Of a DNA stretch of 64,000 bases, positions 48,678 through 58,240 are shown piece after piece. The notes under the pieces are model-generated. The model saw only the letters and a program-made list of their open reading frames with translations, was not told the origin of the DNA and made no database searches. A program made the position numbers and the translations under genes. This DNA is from an uncultured delta proteobacterium. GTDB taxonomy: Bacteria; Desulfobacterota; BSN033; UBA1163. Position 1 is the first letter of the stretch; each line of letters opens with the position of its first letter. The stretch lies in contig CAWHBU010000007.1 in assembly GCA_963827685.1 (NCBI GenBank), positions 32,001 through 96,000 of the forward strand. Direction: 5' to 3'.

Positions 48678-48724
48678 CCCTGGTGCCTGAGACCAGAGTC
48701 GAAAATGAATGCTACTCAAAAGAT

Positions 48725-49687
48725 TTATTCTACCTTCTTCCAGGTTTTGTCAGGATCGAATTTCTTCATGGCTGTTGCAACGTTCTCAGTATCTTTACCC
48801 AAATTCTTCTCGTACACGACGCCATCCTGGTTCACGATAAAGGTCATGACCCCGGAGTTGCCGTATTCCGCGGGATAGGCAACCAGGGCAAATCCGCCGA
48901 TCATCTTTCCTTTGACCACGTAATCGTATTCTCCTCCTGATGCGTGCTTACCCTGGAATTTTAAAATCCTGTAGTAATACCCATGGTAAGGGCTTCGTTT
49001 TCCAACGGGCCTCTCACCAGAGTATCCCTCCGTGGCAGCCTTGGCCATTAAGGGACCAAGAGGGCTTTCGGGTTCGCCCTCTTTCGCCTCCCAGTAAAGG
49101 CCATCCTTCATCCCTTTCCTGCTGATCAATCTCTGGGCATATTCCAGTAACTTGCCGCTGTCCTTGTCCTTCAGCGCATATTCCCGCTGGGCGTCCACGT
49201 AGGCTAGGCACACTTGAATCGCATTAAGTTCGTTACGGCCGACTCTGCGGTTGAGGACCTCTTCCTTCCCCGCCGTCGTATCGAATAGCCAAGAATCACC
49301 CTTCTTGACAACAGGAATTGGAAATGGCCAGTCTCCATTTCCTACATGGAGGATGACCTTCGTCTCGCTCTCATTCACCAGTTTGTTCATTTCCTCAAAG
49401 GCCTTGATGAAATGTTCTCTTCCGGTCTTGTCGGCAACCTCGTCTCCGGAAAAAATTAATTCCTTCCCTGAAGAACCGAAGATCGCCAACAATTCCTTTG
49501 TATCATTTTCCTTGACCGCTTTGGCCAGAGCCTCCACAGCCTCTCCGGGAGACTTGAACGTTCTTTGGCCCCCCTCTGCTGAAAACGCACTCTGACAAAC
49601 GCCAGCTAACATCACCACTCCCGCTATGATTGCAAAAACAGAGAGGCGCATCGAATGCTTTTTTTGATTCCCTGCATTGATAAACAT
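48725..49687 (-). CDS. DUF2950-family exported protein
   Basis: Signal peptide, FKSPGEAVEAL, WPFPIP, RRVGRNELNAI, DGLYW, PYHGYYYRIL, GGFALVAYPAEYGNSGVMTFIVNQDG; GGAGG SD before ATG 49687. Confidence 0.88.
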   Translation of the reverse strand: MFINAGNQKKHSMRLSVFAIIAGVVMLAGVCQSAFSAEGGQRTFKSPGEAVEALAKAVKENDTKELLAIFGSSGKELIFSGDEVADKTGREHFIKAFEEMNKLVNESETKVILHVGNGDWPFPIPVVKKGDSWLFDTTAGKEEVLNRRVGRNELNAIQVCLAYVDAQREYALKDKDSGKLLEYAQRLISRKGMKDGLYWEAKEGEPESPLGPLMAKAATEGYSGERPVGKRSPYHGYYYRILKFQGKHASGGEYDYVVKGKMIGGFALVAYPAEYGNSGVMTFIVNQDGVVYEKNLGKDTENVATAMKKFDPDKTWKKVE

Positions 49688-49739
49688 CGCTTTTTCCTCC
49701 GTCGAACTATTGATGATGTTCAAATCGTCTGCTCGAGCT

Positions 49740-50891
49740 CTAACGGCGACGGCCAACATTGCCCCTGCTCACACCGCTCGTTCCTCTTGAAGGCATGCTC
49801 TGTCGGCTTTGGAAGCCGCGGTTGCTCTGCATTCGTGCATCGCTTCCCCGCCCCACGCCCCCAAAGGCACTTTTATTCTTACTGAGATCCAGGCTCTTTT
49901 GAACTGAGCCAGCAGTCACTCTTGGCTGTTCGAAGCTTTGGCGAGTGGTTACCGGAGCCTGCTGATATCTTGTCTGCGGTTCGAAGCCCCGGAAGTCTCG
50001 GCGGGTCTCCACTCCTTTTAGCGACTGGCCATAGCGTTGCCGGGTCGCCTCGTTCCTGTAGGAAATGCCCTTCCGATGGCTCGCGTCATGCTGCCACCGA
50101 GTGGTTTGTATATTTGTAGCGGCGATGTCTATGTTGCGATTAATGTTTATGTGGCGGTCGGTGTTTACATTAAGGTGATGATTCCTCCAATCCCAGTGCC
50201 CCCACGCATGGCCCCAGGACCTACCCACGCCGATGCCCCTCCCAAACCCCATTCGACCGTGAAAACCGATAACCATCCCGGAAGAAGGCAGGAAGAAAAA
50301 GGGAGGGAAACCCGGGTACCACCAAGGGCCATAGATCTCGGTCGGATCATAGACCGGCACATAGACCACGTCGGGCTGTGCTGGCTCGATCTCGATAGCC
50401 CCCTCCTGCACAATCACCCTCTGTTGTTCAGTGTCCCCCAAGTTACCTGCAGCCTGGGCCCTGGTCCTCAATCTCTGGACTGTATCCATCACCTCATCCT
50501 GTTGATCCAGAAAAGCGTCTCCCAGCTTCTGCGTCCACTCCAACTTTTCGTCCATCATCGACAAGACTTGTTGAAAAGGCACCAGAGCCTTTACGCTGGG
50601 GTCCCAGTCTTGCTGGTCCAGGGCGTTGTTGAGCTGATCACCCGTGAGATTTCTATTTGCCTTTGTCCACCGGTCTGCCTGCACTACTTCGAGGGGATAG
50701 GTAGCTGCCATCAGAATCTGGGCCAGAAGTGAATCGGGATAGAGCGCAATAGGTGCCAGCATCTGGTCCAATTCTTCTTGCCCGAATCTTCTTGCCGCCG
50801 GCTGGTCCTGCGCAAATACGAACGTTGCCGTCACCATTAACAGGACAAGAAAGCAAATCAAAGTGTGTATAAAGGTTTTTTCTGTCTTCAT
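49740..50891 (-). CDS. DUF3300-family exported protein
   Basis: LDQMLAPIALYPDSLLAQILMAATYP, WDPSVKAL, WTQKLGDAF, VYVPVYDP, Gly/Arg-rich tail. Confidence 0.9.
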   Translation of the reverse strand: MKTEKTFIHTLICFLVLLMVTATFVFAQDQPAARRFGQEELDQMLAPIALYPDSLLAQILMAATYPLEVVQADRWTKANRNLTGDQLNNALDQQDWDPSVKALVPFQQVLSMMDEKLEWTQKLGDAFLDQQDEVMDTVQRLRTRAQAAGNLGDTEQQRVIVQEGAIEIEPAQPDVVYVPVYDPTEIYGPWWYPGFPPFFFLPSSGMVIGFHGRMGFGRGIGVGRSWGHAWGHWDWRNHHLNVNTDRHININRNIDIAATNIQTTRWQHDASHRKGISYRNEATRQRYGQSLKGVETRRDFRGFEPQTRYQQAPVTTRQSFEQPRVTAGSVQKSLDLSKNKSAFGGVGRGSDARMQSNRGFQSRQSMPSRGTSGVSRGNVGRRR

Positions 50892-51059
50892 GGCAATCCC
50901 TTTCTCTTAGTTGATACGGAGTAACTCGTTTTGTTGTCCACCATTCTCTTACTATAATATCATATGATAGGTTACCAACAAAATCAAATTTCAAAATTCC
51001 TACGAATTATTAACATAACGAAATAATTCATTGTACTCCCCATTCACCCTTCCCCTCAA

Positions 51060-51335
51060 GAGACTGTGTCGTAATTAACGAGAGACCACTTCGGTTGCAA
51101 GACGGAACAGACGGTCAGGTGACGAAGCTTTAGACCTGCCTGCGCGAAGCCGCTTCGGCGAAGGCAGGGCGGAAACCTTTTATCGTTCAGCTACCGGGCT
51201 GCAAGCCCATGAAAAGATCATATTTGTAAGAAGCTCGATTCCCCATAACTCTAAATGACCGCATGCTAAAGCTGAGGAGTCTGACTGTCTGTTCCGCCCG
51301 TATCTGCCCTCCATCATGACTACGACACAGTTTTC
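51060..51335. mobile_element. About 275-bp MITE inserted in the loop of a C/G-run REP and carrying a CCTGC...GCAGG insert (51135-51168)
   Basis: TIR core ACTGTGTCGTA at both ends; internal inverted repeat ggaacagacggtcag / ctgactgtctgttcc; flanked by cccttcccctc and gggggaggg. Confidence 0.8.
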
Positions 51336-51447
51336 AACGGGGGAGGGTGAGCCGGCCGGCCGAAGCGCCCGCGCAGGCAGGGGCGCCTTGCGTCCGGGTA
51401 TCTTTGAGCAGCTACAAAAAATCAGTCTTTGGCAGCCTCTTAGGAAT

Positions 51448-52941
51448 CTACAACATCACGTCAAGGGCCCTTTTCACGGTTTCTCCTTCCAGGGAGACTT
51501 CCCCGTAGATGGCCTCCACAGCGGCTGCATCCAGCCGATAAAAATCTTTTTCCACAGGAGTGATGAGGATGCCCCCCATATCGATCACCCCCGGGCTTAC
51601 CACAATCCGGGCATCCCCTTCCTTGAAGAAGGCGTCGGGACGGTGTTTTCGGCGCGGAAAGATCGCGAGACGCCATTTCCTTTTATTATGGAACCCAGCG
51701 ATATTCATCATGGGTTCCTCGTTAGCCAGAACAACTTTTTTCAGGGCGTCCAGATAACTCTTGAAAACTCCTCCCACAGCCATCGGGGCATCTCCCTCCA
51801 AAATAACAACTTCCCGTCCCAGGTCTTTCACGCGATAGACGGAAACACCGTCAACCTGTCTCATTAGAGTGAGTCTTTCCTTCCCTTGGGTTTCCTTCTC
51901 GATCGACATCTGTCCCGATGGGCCTGCTTGAAAATGAAGATGATCCGGTGCGGAAGCGCCGCATTTGGGTCCGTTGTAGAGGACTGTCCAGCCAGAACCA
52001 AAATCAGACATCAGCTGCAGAAAGGTATCGATATGCTCCGCAATGGCCTGGCGGCGATGGTCTAAATGGGAGATGGTGAAGTGAGAAGAAAAAACAGGCA
52101 TGGGATTGCACAGAATCAGATAGTCGCTTCGGTAGAGGATTCCCCTCTGGCCTTCAGGGAGATGATCAAGGCAGAGGAAACATCGCCGTTCGTTTACATT
52201 TTTTTCTCCCACGTCAGCGAGGCTGCTCTTGATTCTTCCGGGATTTTGCTGGAGGCGTATGGAAAATCCTCTGCATGGGACATCCCGCTCCCTGATGTTC
52301 TTAAGCGATTCGTAGCCTTCCCGAAGATCCTGCCAGGTCTTTTTTTGCTCCGATAAGAGCTTGAGACAAAGTCTGGAGAAACTCTTCAAACTCTTCCCTC
52401 CATCAAAGGTGATATAAGTCTTCCGAATAAGCCGAGTGTCCTTCCCTAATCTTTTGTAACCGATGAGGTGACTCACCGTCGTCTTACCCATCGTGAAAGG
52501 TTGTTCCCGGACAAATTGAAAACCCACTTTCCTGTAAAAAACCAGGGCCTGCTTGTTCTCCACCATCACGCCGATCCAGAGTTCATCGAGGCCCTTTTCT
52601 GCGGCATATTCTTCCGCCGCCTCGAGGAGACGTCTGCCCATGCCCTGCCCTTGAAAGTCTGGAAGAAAATACAGCGAGGGGATGTAGAGGCGATTCTCAT
52701 CCCGGTTAAAGAAAATTCTTGTGTAACCGGCGATCTGACCATCCATCTCTGCAATGAAAACCCGCGTGAACGGATCGTCGAACATGCTGAGAAAGGCCCC
52801 TTCCGTGTAGTGTATGTCGAAATAGGACTTGAGGTCGCTTTCGGGAATGAAGCTCGCGTATGTAGAAATCCAGGACTGCCAGGTTATTCTCCGGATGGAC
52901 GTGAGATCACCCTTCTGCCAGGGTCGAATCACGATTCCCAA
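51448..52941 (-). CDS. GNAT acetyltransferase fused to a DUF4922-like (HIT-like nucleotide phosphorylase) domain
   Basis: GNAT motif A FQGQGMGRRLL and FYRKVGF; then QQNPGRIKSS, CFLC, ILCNPMP, YNGPKCGASAPDHLHFQAG, FPRRKHRP, VSPGVIDMGG. Confidence 0.82.
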   Translation of the reverse strand: MGIVIRPWQKGDLTSIRRITWQSWISTYASFIPESDLKSYFDIHYTEGAFLSMFDDPFTRVFIAEMDGQIAGYTRIFFNRDENRLYIPSLYFLPDFQGQGMGRRLLEAAEEYAAEKGLDELWIGVMVENKQALVFYRKVGFQFVREQPFTMGKTTVSHLIGYKRLGKDTRLIRKTYITFDGGKSLKSFSRLCLKLLSEQKKTWQDLREGYESLKNIRERDVPCRGFSIRLQQNPGRIKSSLADVGEKNVNERRCFLCLDHLPEGQRGILYRSDYLILCNPMPVFSSHFTISHLDHRRQAIAEHIDTFLQLMSDFGSGWTVLYNGPKCGASAPDHLHFQAGPSGQMSIEKETQGKERLTLMRQVDGVSVYRVKDLGREVVILEGDAPMAVGGVFKSYLDALKKVVLANEEPMMNIAGFHNKRKWRLAIFPRRKHRPDAFFKEGDARIVVSPGVIDMGGILITPVEKDFYRLDAAAVEAIYGEVSLEGETVKRALDVML

Positions 52942-52974
52942 GGTTATCGCTTATCCTCCTTGATTCATTCTAAA

Positions 52975-53057
52975 AGGGGCCAAGGGTTCGAGGGTTCAAG
53001 AAGAACAACTACAAAAAGATTCACTTGAACCCCTGCCCACTCGAATCCTCGAACCCT
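52975..53057. repeat. Octamer hairpin (AGGGTTCG / CGAACCCT)
   Basis: aggggcca agggttcg agggttca, loop, cttgaacc cctgccca ctcgaatc ctcgaacc ct. Confidence 0.7.
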
Positions 53058-54551
53058 CTACCCATCCTGACTTGTTGGGATGGCATGCTGATTTATTTTC
53101 TGCCGGGCGAGAATTTCAATGGTGCGGATCTTGTCCTTGAAGGCATTGTTTTGGTTTTCCTCTTCGGTGCTGAGGGCCGCGTCTGTGTTGCCCGACCAGC
53201 GTCTACAGAGGTAGAGGCTTTCATAGATCCTTCCTATCCGGTACTCTCGGCAGATTCGCAATGCCGCCGCATAATCCTCGCCGTAGCTCACGTTGAGAAA
53301 ACCGATTTTTCGCATAAGGGCGGTTTTGAAAGCCCGCGGCGCGCCCAGACCGTTTATGCGCAACGCATTGTTGTGACCGTTCTCATCGGTCCATTCACGG
53401 TGGTCGATGAGGCCCGGTGGAATCTCCTCCAGCCTCGAATCGACGAGGGTGTAAGAGCCGATCACCATGGCATAGTTGCCCTGACGGAGCATGTCAACCA
53501 TCTTCTGCAAGGTGCGGCTGCTGCTGTATAGATCGTCCGAATCAAGCTGAACGGCATAGCGGCCACAGGCTTCTTGCAGAAGGGCCTCGTTCCAGCAACC
53601 GCCAATGCCAAGGTTGGTCCTCTTCGGAGTGACGTGTTTCAAGCTCGAATACTGCCTGGCGAGATCAGAGAGAACGGCCGTTGTTCCATCTGTCGAGCGG
53701 TTGTCCACGACAATAACATTGAATGGAAAATTCGTTTCTTGCGATAGGGCACTTTCCACGGCTTCGGCAATCGTCTCTTTCCGGTTCCGTACGGGAATGA
53801 TAACAGAGGCCTCCACCGGGAAGAACTCCGGTGTTTGCTCGACCTCCCTCAAGTAATGGGATGGCAGATAGGCCCTGATCTTCTTCAAGTAATCCGTGAA
53901 GACAGTCTCCATTTCCTTCTGCACGGTTTCATTACAGGGGTCGACGTACCCAAATATCTTTTCACCATCGGAATTCTCCTCTGTACCAATCACGCAGTAG
54001 AGTGGCTCTTGCAGATGATAGATAGAATGGTCAATGGAAACCTTCAGGCGAAGATCGTAAAGTCCGGCAAATTTGACGGCGGGTATGGCACCGTATTTTT
54101 CCAAGGCCTTCCGGACGGCGGCGACTGAAAAGAGCATCAAGGTGCCGAAGTCAAAATCATCACGGACGCTCCCAGGCTGATAATCAATGAGTGGATGAAG
54201 GGTCTTCCAGTGTTCGTTTTCGTCATAGAAATCCGTATAGACCAGGCCTGCCTTCGTGGACTCAGCCTTCCCCAGGATTCTCTCCAGAGCTTTAGGCTCA
54301 ATCGAAACTTCTTGGGCTCCCGGCAAGAGAAGAAAGTACTCCGTTCGCATTCCGGTCAGAATCGGGTTGAGTGTTTCGTGTGACGTGAGGGGTCCGGCAA
54401 CAACAACTTGACACTTCTCCAGTTTGAAATGAACCGGCTCCTGACTGACGATCACGACATGTTCAACCAGGTCTGATTCCGCCAGGGGGGGCAGAATCTT
54501 TTCAAAGAAAGGTCCTGGGCTGTACTGGGTGATTACGGTAAGAGGTTTCAT
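53058..54551 (-). CDS. Family 2 glycosyltransferase (DUF4922-associated type)
   Basis: DYQPGSVRDDFDFG, SVIIPVRNR, VVDNRSTDGT, GIGGCWN, QLDSDD, NGLGAPRAF, YGEDYA. Confidence 0.88.
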   Translation of the reverse strand: MKPLTVITQYSPGPFFEKILPPLAESDLVEHVVIVSQEPVHFKLEKCQVVVAGPLTSHETLNPILTGMRTEYFLLLPGAQEVSIEPKALERILGKAESTKAGLVYTDFYDENEHWKTLHPLIDYQPGSVRDDFDFGTLMLFSVAAVRKALEKYGAIPAVKFAGLYDLRLKVSIDHSIYHLQEPLYCVIGTEENSDGEKIFGYVDPCNETVQKEMETVFTDYLKKIRAYLPSHYLREVEQTPEFFPVEASVIIPVRNRKETIAEAVESALSQETNFPFNVIVVDNRSTDGTTAVLSDLARQYSSLKHVTPKRTNLGIGGCWNEALLQEACGRYAVQLDSDDLYSSSRTLQKMVDMLRQGNYAMVIGSYTLVDSRLEEIPPGLIDHREWTDENGHNNALRINGLGAPRAFKTALMRKIGFLNVSYGEDYAAALRICREYRIGRIYESLYLCRRWSGNTDAALSTEEENQNNAFKDKIRTIEILARQKINQHAIPTSQDG

Positions 54552-54566
54552 TCTGATTGATAGATT

Positions 54567-54631
54567 ATATAACGTCGTGGCAATAAGCCGCAGATGCCAA
54601 AGCATCTCGCAGTTTCATTGCCTTGTTAGAC
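54567..54631 (-). other. attC integron cassette recombination site
   Basis: Top strand GTCTAAC aaggc AATGAAAC...agatgc tttg gcatct...GCTTATT gccacgac GTTATAT gives R'', L'', L' and R'-like boxes. The ORF stop lies inside R''. Confidence 0.7.
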
Positions 54632-54862
54632 CTTATTTAAAGTTCTCTTTCTTGTCCTAAACCAATAGTAACAGCCATAAGAACCGCCAAAGAGATAAAG
54701 AATTGTGAAAAACAGCCCTTTGGTCGTTGGAGATATTCCCTCGGCAAAATAGGCAGCGATTCCGTTATAAATGCGTACAAAACCTATTATTAAGCAAGTG
54801 ATCCCCAATATAAAATATGCATATCGTTCAAGACAAGACTCTTCTGAGCTAATTCTAATCAT
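54626..54862 (-). CDS. Small two-TM protein (cassette gene)
   Basis: 78 aa, two hydrophobic segments, AT-rich, bounded by GTTAGAAC and the attC. Confidence 0.65.
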   Translation of the reverse strand: MIRISSEESCLERYAYFILGITCLIIGFVRIYNGIAAYFAEGISPTTKGLFFTILYLFGGSYGCYYWFRTRKRTLNKV

Positions 54863-55196
54863 AAGATGGTCGGTTTAAGTTCTAACATTACGCCTTATGT
54901 TGACGTTATATTTTCACCATGGGCCCAACCCTTTCCAAGTCCATCATGGATAGGATTTCCAACAATCCATTATGGTTTGTATTTTACACCAGGCCTAAAC
55001 TTTTTGGAAGTGAGAATTTTCGAGAAATTGGATTCTTATCTCAAGATTGAATCGAGAGCGAAAAAATTCTTGTGAACGGAAGACTCTGCATGCTCTTATG
55101 CAGAATTGATGAGTTGGGAATTAATCAAGCAGGTTCTGTACGACGTCCCTATTTTCTATGGCAAGCCTGACCCCCTTCCTCATCGAAGCAAAACTC

Positions 55197-56099
55197 TTAA
55201 AAATCCCAGAAAACCCCAAGAGTGAGCCCGACCTTCTTGTATTCGTCACTTAAACGAAAGAAGCTCGTCTCTCCGTACAGACCCCAGTTCTTTCCGATCC
55301 AGCGACGGTGTTTCAAAAGCAGCTCCTGCGATTTCTGGTCAACCTTTTCCGGGCTCACGAGTTCCGTGGAATAGTAGGCCTGGTTCCCGAAAGAAAAGAG
55401 GAGCGATGTCCAGTGAGTTCCTTCGCTACCGTATGTCACCTTGAAGGCGTTGGAGAATGACCCCACGTTTCCGGGGTTGCTGATATTCCGGAATATCCGG
55501 TATTCGAGGATCCACTTGTTGAAGTAGCCGGTGAGCCCGGCGGACAGAATGAAGTCACGGTGGTTCACATGGTAATCGACATAGGTCCCGCCCACCGTGA
55601 AAACGTAATTTCTCTTCTTGCCGAATTTGAGGTTGAAGTCGTGGTCGAACCGGTAACGCGGGAGATAATCCGAATTCGTTCCCGCCGCCGCAGCCGTGTA
55701 GGTGTAAAGCCACAGGTTCCAGTCCTTATAGATGCCGCCGACAAGCTGCACCCCGTTACCTTCTTTCCTGAAGAAGCTCTCAAGTTCGAAAAAATAGACG
55801 AATGTTAATTCTCTCCTGAGATACATCAGCCTACCGTTTTCCCAATTTCCAAAGTGGTCCGAGAGGTAAGCATAGCCGAGATCAAGTTCTATCCGGTTGC
55901 GTTTCCCCATAATTCGGTCAACCCCAAATTGTTCAAGCTCCTTTGCTTTCACCCAGTCAGGATCGCGTTCCCACTCATCAAGTGTTGAATCAGTTCTGTT
56001 TTCTGTCATCTTATCATGCCCAGAAGTCTCAGAACCGAAGGCGGGTGCTCCTAAAAACCAGCAAATAGCGATAATGAAAAGAACTCGCACTATCCTCAT
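55197..56099 (-). CDS. YaiO-like outer-membrane beta-barrel
   Basis: Signal peptide, amphipathic aromatic beta-strands, YKDWN, YLPRYRFD, C-terminal FWDF. Confidence 0.75.
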   Translation of the reverse strand: MRIVRVLFIIAICWFLGAPAFGSETSGHDKMTENRTDSTLDEWERDPDWVKAKELEQFGVDRIMGKRNRIELDLGYAYLSDHFGNWENGRLMYLRRELTFVYFFELESFFRKEGNGVQLVGGIYKDWNLWLYTYTAAAAGTNSDYLPRYRFDHDFNLKFGKKRNYVFTVGGTYVDYHVNHRDFILSAGLTGYFNKWILEYRIFRNISNPGNVGSFSNAFKVTYGSEGTHWTSLLFSFGNQAYYSTELVSPEKVDQKSQELLLKHRRWIGKNWGLYGETSFFRLSDEYKKVGLTLGVFWDF

Positions 56100-56143
56100 A
56101 CCATCAATAATCCTTCACATCCAATTACCTTACACCCGAAACA

Positions 56144-57982
56144 CTACATCCGATGAAAATTGAAAACCTTCTCAACCGCCCCTTCTTCCTGTATGATAAG
56201 ATAGAAATAGTTCTCATCTTCGTCGATGGAAACGCCCGATGGGGGTATCTCAGGCTTGCGAAATTGTTGTTTCGGTATGGCAACGGTAATATTTTTAAGA
56301 CCCTCGGGATTCTCAACGCGCACGCTCAGGACCGGCCCCTCATACGTGAAATCGTATGTCGTCTTTAAGAATCTCAGAAAGAATTTTGCGTAATAGGTCA
56401 TCGTTTCGATCCATATCTTCCCATCTTTCTGGAGGGAAGAGAGGGTATCGAGGAAGTCCGAGACCGTCTTCGGGTAATACTTCACGTCGTTGGGATGGGA
56501 ATAGATGAGGCGCACCACGCGATTCTTTGCCGCATAATCGACCACTCCGGTCAACCAGCCATAGACTTCCCCTGGCGTTTTTCCGTGATGCTTCATCTCT
56601 CCAAGTGATATGATGTTGCCGAAGTTCATCACGGGAAAAGCAATCACGCGGTCCGACACCCTCTTCCCATTCGCAAAAGTCCTATTCGGCCCTGCCCCCT
56701 GGTCGCCCGTATAGTAGTATGCGATCATTCCAAGCCGTTCGAGCACTTTCGTCGCTACGGGTTGTGGATGGGCCCCCAGCGGAGCGGAGTACTCCTCGAT
56801 CCTATACCCCGTAATCTCCTCGAGACTCTTATTGTTTTTCGTGATATACTTTTCAATCTCTTCCTCCTTAAATTCCCCTGAGTTTACTTTGCTGGCGAAC
56901 CAATCGTGTCCCCATCCGCCATGAGAGCCTATGATACCATAGGGCATGATCATCTCCACAAGCTTTCGGCCCTTGTCCGAGGCATCGAAGCCCTGGCGGT
57001 CACCCACCTCTAAGTTGTAATCCCCTGCCGTAATATGGAAGGAGTATTTCAAGGAGTCCCTGAAGTATCCCTTCTTTTTGAGGAGCGGGAGGTATATCCA
57101 CTCGGCATTGGAATCGATATGCCAGTTGATTACGACACCTCCTTTGCCTCCTGGTACGGACATGAGATGGGGAATCTTGACCGATCTGAAGAGGAAGAAT
57201 CGGATCAATGACCGGAGCAGGAGATCATCTGAGTAACATTTTAGGTAACCGAGAGGAAAACCGGCATAGAGAGCAGTCCCTTTCCCATAACGGGTCTCTA
57301 CGATGGCCGGATATCTTTTGTCAAACCCGTCTACCATGTAGGCCAGGATCTTTCGGGAACCAATCTCTTTCGTAAAAGCCGACCGTGCGAATGGGTAGGT
57401 CAGCGTCCCATATATGTACCCGGCCACTTCAAGGTTTTCGCCCGTTTTCCCTGGCGGAATTTCAAGTGTCTCCATCGCCGTTCTGTCGGCAAATCGGAGT
57501 GAGCCGTTCGAATAGGCGCATTCGGGACATTGATTGTAAAGAATGTAGTTCAAGCCGATCATATCGGCAAATGCCGCTTGGTCCCTATATAAACCGTTTT
57601 GATCCTTCGTCCCTGCGTCGTAGCCGATCAGAACGCTGCCTCCTTCTTCGAGATACTTTTTAACCCAATCAGCAAATCTTTCCGGAAGCACCTGGCTTAT
57701 CCCATCTGGAAAGATAATAGCAGGCACATCGAGGAGCATCTCAGGCGAAAGAGAGATGAGTTCTTCCACGTCGATTGTCCGATACGGGACACCCTCTTCC
57801 TGAAGAACGCTTTTATATGCTTCCAAGATACAGGGGGTTGTCGCCACGAGCGCTGGATGATACGCCAGGAGAACCTCCATCCTCCCTTTTCGCTCAGCGT
57901 GCTGCGCACCCTGAACCAAACCACACCAGGCGACAAAACACCATAGAAAAATTCCAATCCTGTATAGGTTCACCAGTCGCAT
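56144..57982 (-). CDS. Exported polysaccharide deacetylase (NodB/CE4-like) with an additional N-terminal domain
   Basis: Signal peptide, NWHIDS, GSHGGWGH, YSAPLG, LIYSHP; start moved to ATG 57982. Confidence 0.75.
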   Translation of the reverse strand: MRLVNLYRIGIFLWCFVAWCGLVQGAQHAERKGRMEVLLAYHPALVATTPCILEAYKSVLQEEGVPYRTIDVEELISLSPEMLLDVPAIIFPDGISQVLPERFADWVKKYLEEGGSVLIGYDAGTKDQNGLYRDQAAFADMIGLNYILYNQCPECAYSNGSLRFADRTAMETLEIPPGKTGENLEVAGYIYGTLTYPFARSAFTKEIGSRKILAYMVDGFDKRYPAIVETRYGKGTALYAGFPLGYLKCYSDDLLLRSLIRFFLFRSVKIPHLMSVPGGKGGVVINWHIDSNAEWIYLPLLKKKGYFRDSLKYSFHITAGDYNLEVGDRQGFDASDKGRKLVEMIMPYGIIGSHGGWGHDWFASKVNSGEFKEEEIEKYITKNNKSLEEITGYRIEEYSAPLGAHPQPVATKVLERLGMIAYYYTGDQGAGPNRTFANGKRVSDRVIAFPVMNFGNIISLGEMKHHGKTPGEVYGWLTGVVDYAAKNRVVRLIYSHPNDVKYYPKTVSDFLDTLSSLQKDGKIWIETMTYYAKFFLRFLKTTYDFTYEGPVLSVRVENPEGLKNITVAIPKQQFRKPEIPPSGVSIDEDENYFYLIIQEEGAVEKVFNFHRM

Positions 57983-57992
57983 AAATTGTCCC

Positions 57993-58213
57993 AAAAGGGG
58001 GTTGGGTGTGTTGAGCCGGCCAAAAAAATGTAAAAGATAACTACAGCTCCGGGCGATTTATCGCCAAATCTCTACAGTGGTACCTTTAAACGTTTCACTG
58101 CCAAAGCCTCCAAGCATATTTCAAAAGCCACATCAGGTGACATGGCATGTTACCCATAAAACATATTAAAGAACCGCTTGGTAAGGGTTTGGAAGCACAC
58201 CCAACCCCCTTTT
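57993..58213. mobile_element. 221-bp element with perfect 18-bp terminal inverted repeats
   Basis: AAAAGGGGGTTGGGTGTG (57993-58010) / CACACCCAACCCCCTTTT (58196-58213). Confidence 0.6.
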
Positions 58214-58240
58214 CAACGCAGCATCTCGGATGACTCTTTC

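Noticed and set aside
50037-50732. 231-aa plus-strand ORF, and the 51316-51867 and 52468-53028 ORFs
   Set aside because: Antisense to well-supported genes; 51316 begins inside repeats.
54876-54905. dif-like Xer site (TTATGTTGAC arm)
   Set aside because: Only the XerD-like half resembles consensus; the cassette-junction interpretation explains the sequence better.
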